Source: Lingula anatina (taxonomy: Eukaryota > Animalia > Brachiopoda). From it: DNA of 64,000 nt. The stretch lies in NCBI GenBank assembly GCA_051362555.1, contig CM120648.1, positions 18,472,587 through 18,536,586 on the forward strand, read 5' to 3'. The position numbers and the translations under genes were made by a program. Under the pieces are notes generated by a model, which ran no database searches, was not told the origin of the DNA, and was given only the letters and a program-made list of their open reading frames with translations. Below, piece after piece: positions 60,292 through 64,000 of this stretch. Within the stretch, counting starts at the first letter, position 1. Each line of letters opens with the position of its first letter.

Positions 60292-62063
60292 GCGAAGCAG
60301 AGCTTTTTGGGAGTTGTACTGAGATGGCTCCAAGTCACATGTCTACAGCCCGACCACTAAGAACCAACGTGCTGCAGGATGAAGTGACCGTTACTGAGGA
60401 CGCGGAAGTGACCATTACGGTGGACAACACAGAGTTGGTCTTCTCCGCTGCCAGCGAGGTGTCAGAGTTCCTGACGTCAAGTTATGACATCAACGATACG
60501 TTATTAGTTGACACCATCCCGGACCCAGAACCAGAGATTTTCTACAGTAAGTCGTCATTTTATCAGTTGAATTGGTTCCAAATATGTAGAAACTTATTTA
60601 TACACATGAATGACACAAAACACACACATACACACGCGCGCGCACGCACACACACAAGCACGCACGCAAAAATAATAATAAATAAACGTTCACTCGATAA
60701 AAATGTTGGGCCTTAAGTATGATCTCAAAATAATGGCGATGACGTCGATCTTTACATCTACATGCATTTAACACACTTGTACAGTGTATCCACTCAATTT
60801 CAACAGTGTGATACTATCAATAAAAGTTGCCAAATTATATCATTATAAAACCATAATAATGGCCGTAGAAGGTCAAAGTTATTGGTCACGATTACTTCAT
60901 CGCTGTAATTACTAGCGGGATCTCGCGGCTTTGCAGCCTATTGCTAAAGACACAGTTCACTCCAGGAGAATGACCACGGTGAGCTGATAAAGGCAGGGTT
61001 CTTTGCTACCAGTCCGTTTGAAAACGGAGTCGTTCGTCTCAAAACGCAGCCGTTGTTTTGTACCCTTGTAGATAAAATATCTCCAGTTCCTTTTGGTCCT
61101 GATATATTGAGGCTGTAAGATATCCGTGGATGGATACCGCATCAGTTCAGATTGTTCTCCGGGACGTCTTGATAACTTAGTTTGGTTTACCCTTTCAAAG
61201 TTTGGCCTTCCAAACATGGCCACCTATCTCGTCTTAGAATAAGAGATTTTTCTTTCGATTTATATCCATAAAAAAAAATATATATATATATTAAAAGCCG
61301 ACCAAACGACCGCTCTCAGTACCATCAAATGAATAAAGACTTGATTTTAAAACCCTTTTTCTCACACCAGATTATTTTATCACATCCACAGCTGTCCCAA
61401 AGTGTAAAGTACCTTACGGAATCCTACCGGATCCATCCGACTGTGGTAGATTTATCACTTGTGTGAACGGAGAAGTGGCCAATGCACAGTTTTGTCCTGA
61501 CGAAAACAACTTTGACTCCATCACCAGCTTGTGCAAACACCCACGGGAGGCCATCTGTGAGAAAATGGAGGAACCGCTCAGAAACGTAACCGGTAACCAA
61601 TTATGTCTTGAATTTCAACCGTTGTCAAATAAAAAAACAAACAAACATTTTCTTTTCCTTTCAGAATTAACATTGCAAATATCTAAAAAAAAAGCCTTCT
61701 CTCTACGAAAAACAATATCATCAGTTGAAAAATGACTATAACAATATGATTTCCAACTGAGACACATTTTCTCTCTCTCTCTTTAGTGTCTGAATCGTTA
61801 TCAGTTTTTAAGTGGTTTCTAAAGGATTCTCCTTTTTGTCACTTTTGTCATGTAGCTAATTCAACTTGCGAGAAGTTGACGGACCCCACCACGTGTAACA
61901 CGTACATAGTGAGGTGCAATAAAGGACCAGAGTACGGAAACCGGACGTACGACATGTACTACGCATGCCCAGGAAACATGATATGGGATGAAGAGAAACT
62001 GGCATGTGACGCGCCGAGGAAAGTGAAATGCAATAACAGGACACGTTATGGTCAGGATTCTTC

Positions 62064-62141
<78 letters not shown>

Positions 62142-62212
62142 GAAATAAAATAACAAAGAAATTATAACACGACGTCTCTTATTCTCTCTCTCTTCTTCCA
62201 TCTCTCTCTCTC

Positions 62213-62247
<35 letters not shown>

Positions 62248-62662
62248 AACACAGTGAAATGAAATAACAAAAGAAATTATAGCACGACGTCTCTAATTCT
62301 CTCTCTCTTCTTCCACCTCTCTCTCTCACTCTCTTTCTCTTTCACACATATGTAAAAACGATGACTTAACTAAGGCAGAAGGATTTGTTTTGCAGCCACC
62401 CCATTGTGTAAGAAACCCAGCGGGAACTTTGAAGAGCCAGCAGACTGCCACAAGTTCCTCTCCTGCTATTTATACCGCGTTGTCCGCCACAGACCGTGTC
62501 CCGCTGGTCTCTACTACGACCAGGCATCAGACAGATGTGATTATCATTTTAACGTCAATTGTCATAAGCGGCCCGTGATCGATGTCGTCTTGATGCCAAG
62601 GAACACCACCACGGAAGCAGCGCCATCTATGGTCATGTCAAACACCTCAGATGTCGCGGCAG
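60292..62662 (+). CDS. Chitin-binding peritrophin-A (CBM14/ChtBD2) multi-domain protein, four internal exons (partial)
   Basis: Exons 60292-60546 (acidic Thr-rich), 61392-61592, 61856-62050 and 62396-62662, all phase 1-1. Each of the last three has the six-Cys CBM14 pattern (e.g. C..PSGNFEEPADCHKFLSC...CPAGLYYDQASDRCDY..NVNC). Confidence 0.85.
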
Positions 62663-62968
62663 GTATTCAGCATCATTGTGCAATTACTTCACATTTCATT
62701 AATTTCTTGTTTCTGAAACCAATACCCAGAGGCATTGATTTTAAAGATGTATGGGATAAACGGTGGAGAGAATTGCACCATTAGAACGACATACTAACTT
62801 TTTTGACATTCTTTCACTCAGATTAATTAAAAAGTCTGTTTAGTCTAGGTTATAATAACCACTTAATATGGAATATTATTTTTTGGCGAGTAAATTTACG
62901 ACAAAATATTTAATTTCTCTCAAACTACTTTAAATCCAAAGCTGAGGTGTCACTCCATGTGTAGCCTG

Positions 62969-63702
62969 GCCCCCGTTTTACAAAAAAACTTAAGTCGGTT
63001 TCCCTGACTAAGAGCTTGGTTACCAACATAATTAAGTCGTTACGTCACTAAGTCCCGTTTCACAAAGAATCTAAAAGGTCGCTTACGTCGTTTTTTTCTT
63101 AGCTGCTCGTCGACGATGTCTAGCCTCCTCGGGAGGAGACTTAAGTCGGCAAGCTCAACTAAAACTCGGTAAATCAGAGCATAAACAACAAAAATTTTGG
63201 AAAGAACATACCTCCTTGAAGATATTGTGTTATAATATCCTTGAATAGCACTGACATTTATGGAATATTGAAATAAAAAATAAAATGCCACTTCACCCAG
63301 CCGATCGCGTGTTTGTTTATGTTTTTGACCGCTAGACGTCCGTCAGCAGTGTTCCACGACAAGCTAATGTTTAACTGTTACTTTGAAGTTGTATCGAAGT
63401 TAAACTAATCAATAAAGTTCAAAAACAAACTTTGTTTGTGTTTTGGCTGATTTTTATCTTTGATAAACGATCGTTCTCGGCCGAAAGAAGCCATGAAACG
63501 TCATGTCTCGTGAAACTTTTGAAACTTTACACCTCCTTTTCTTGAAGAGTTTCTATGCGCGTCGACTACGGTAAGCACGCCAAGCTAAGACGTTAGATTC
63601 TTTGTGAAACACTCCTAGTCGACTTCAGCGTAGTCGATCTAGCTAGGTCACCTAGCTCGAGCTAGTCGACTACGGATTTAAGATTTTTTGTGAAACGGGG
63701 GC
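62969..63702. mobile_element. Non-autonomous Harbinger-like element
   Basis: TIRs GCCCCCGTTTTACAAAAAA / TTTTTTGTGAAACGGGGGC; flanks CTG/CAG; subterminal (T)AAGTCG/TAGTCGAC repeats. Confidence 0.72.
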
Positions 63703-64000
63703 CAGGTGTGTTACCTAATTACCACACAACTCTCGAAACAATTGATGCATGCAGTTGCATGTTCTGTGGTCAGAAAAGTGAGGGGTGGTCTTTTCGGCAA
63801 TTTCTGCCCTTTTATAAAAACGCATGGGTTTGGTCAATCTTTGGAGTGTGTTTAGAGAAGCAACAAAGGGATCGCTCTGAAACTTGACAGGTACCTTAGT
63901 GAAGATATGGTTCGACAGCTAAGCAACGCAGCTTACTATGGGATTCTTGCTCTCAGAGAAAATGGCCAGAAACGGACAGCCATTGCCAGATAATTCAACA

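Overview
Eukaryotic (invertebrate, most likely lophotrochozoan/mollusc-type) genomic DNA: AT-rich, with spliceosomal introns, microsatellites and dense transposon content. No prokaryotic genes, CRISPR arrays, rRNA or tRNA genes were seen. Host genes: (i) the 3' part of a five-exon gene (3947-6683, +) whose in-phase splicing joins a synaptotagmin-like (Slp/SYTL-type) C2A domain, a Gln-rich linker, a Death-domain-like segment and a CARD-like domain, the most unusual architecture in the window; (ii) one DIS3L2 RNB exon (46779-46926, -) whose splice donor has been amplified into a 47-bp minisatellite; (iii) four exons of a chitin-binding peritrophin-A (CBM14) gene (60292-62662, +), plus an orphan frameshifted copy of one exon at 22.9 kb. 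Mobile elements: an intact PAT-like tyrosine-recombinase retrotransposon with split direct repeats (gag, RT-RNaseH-methyltransferase, YR behind a splice acceptor); a full Harbinger transposon (intact 3-exon transposase, Myb/SANT gene broken by a hAT-like insertion) carrying a young BEL/Pao LTR element; a Ginger1 remnant with CCGG TSD; a deleted mariner; a 5'-truncated RTE LINE; and Kolobok-like, hAT5/6-like, Tourist-like and Helentron-like non-autonomous elements. All calls were made by eye from motifs; domain names need HMM or structure confirmation.
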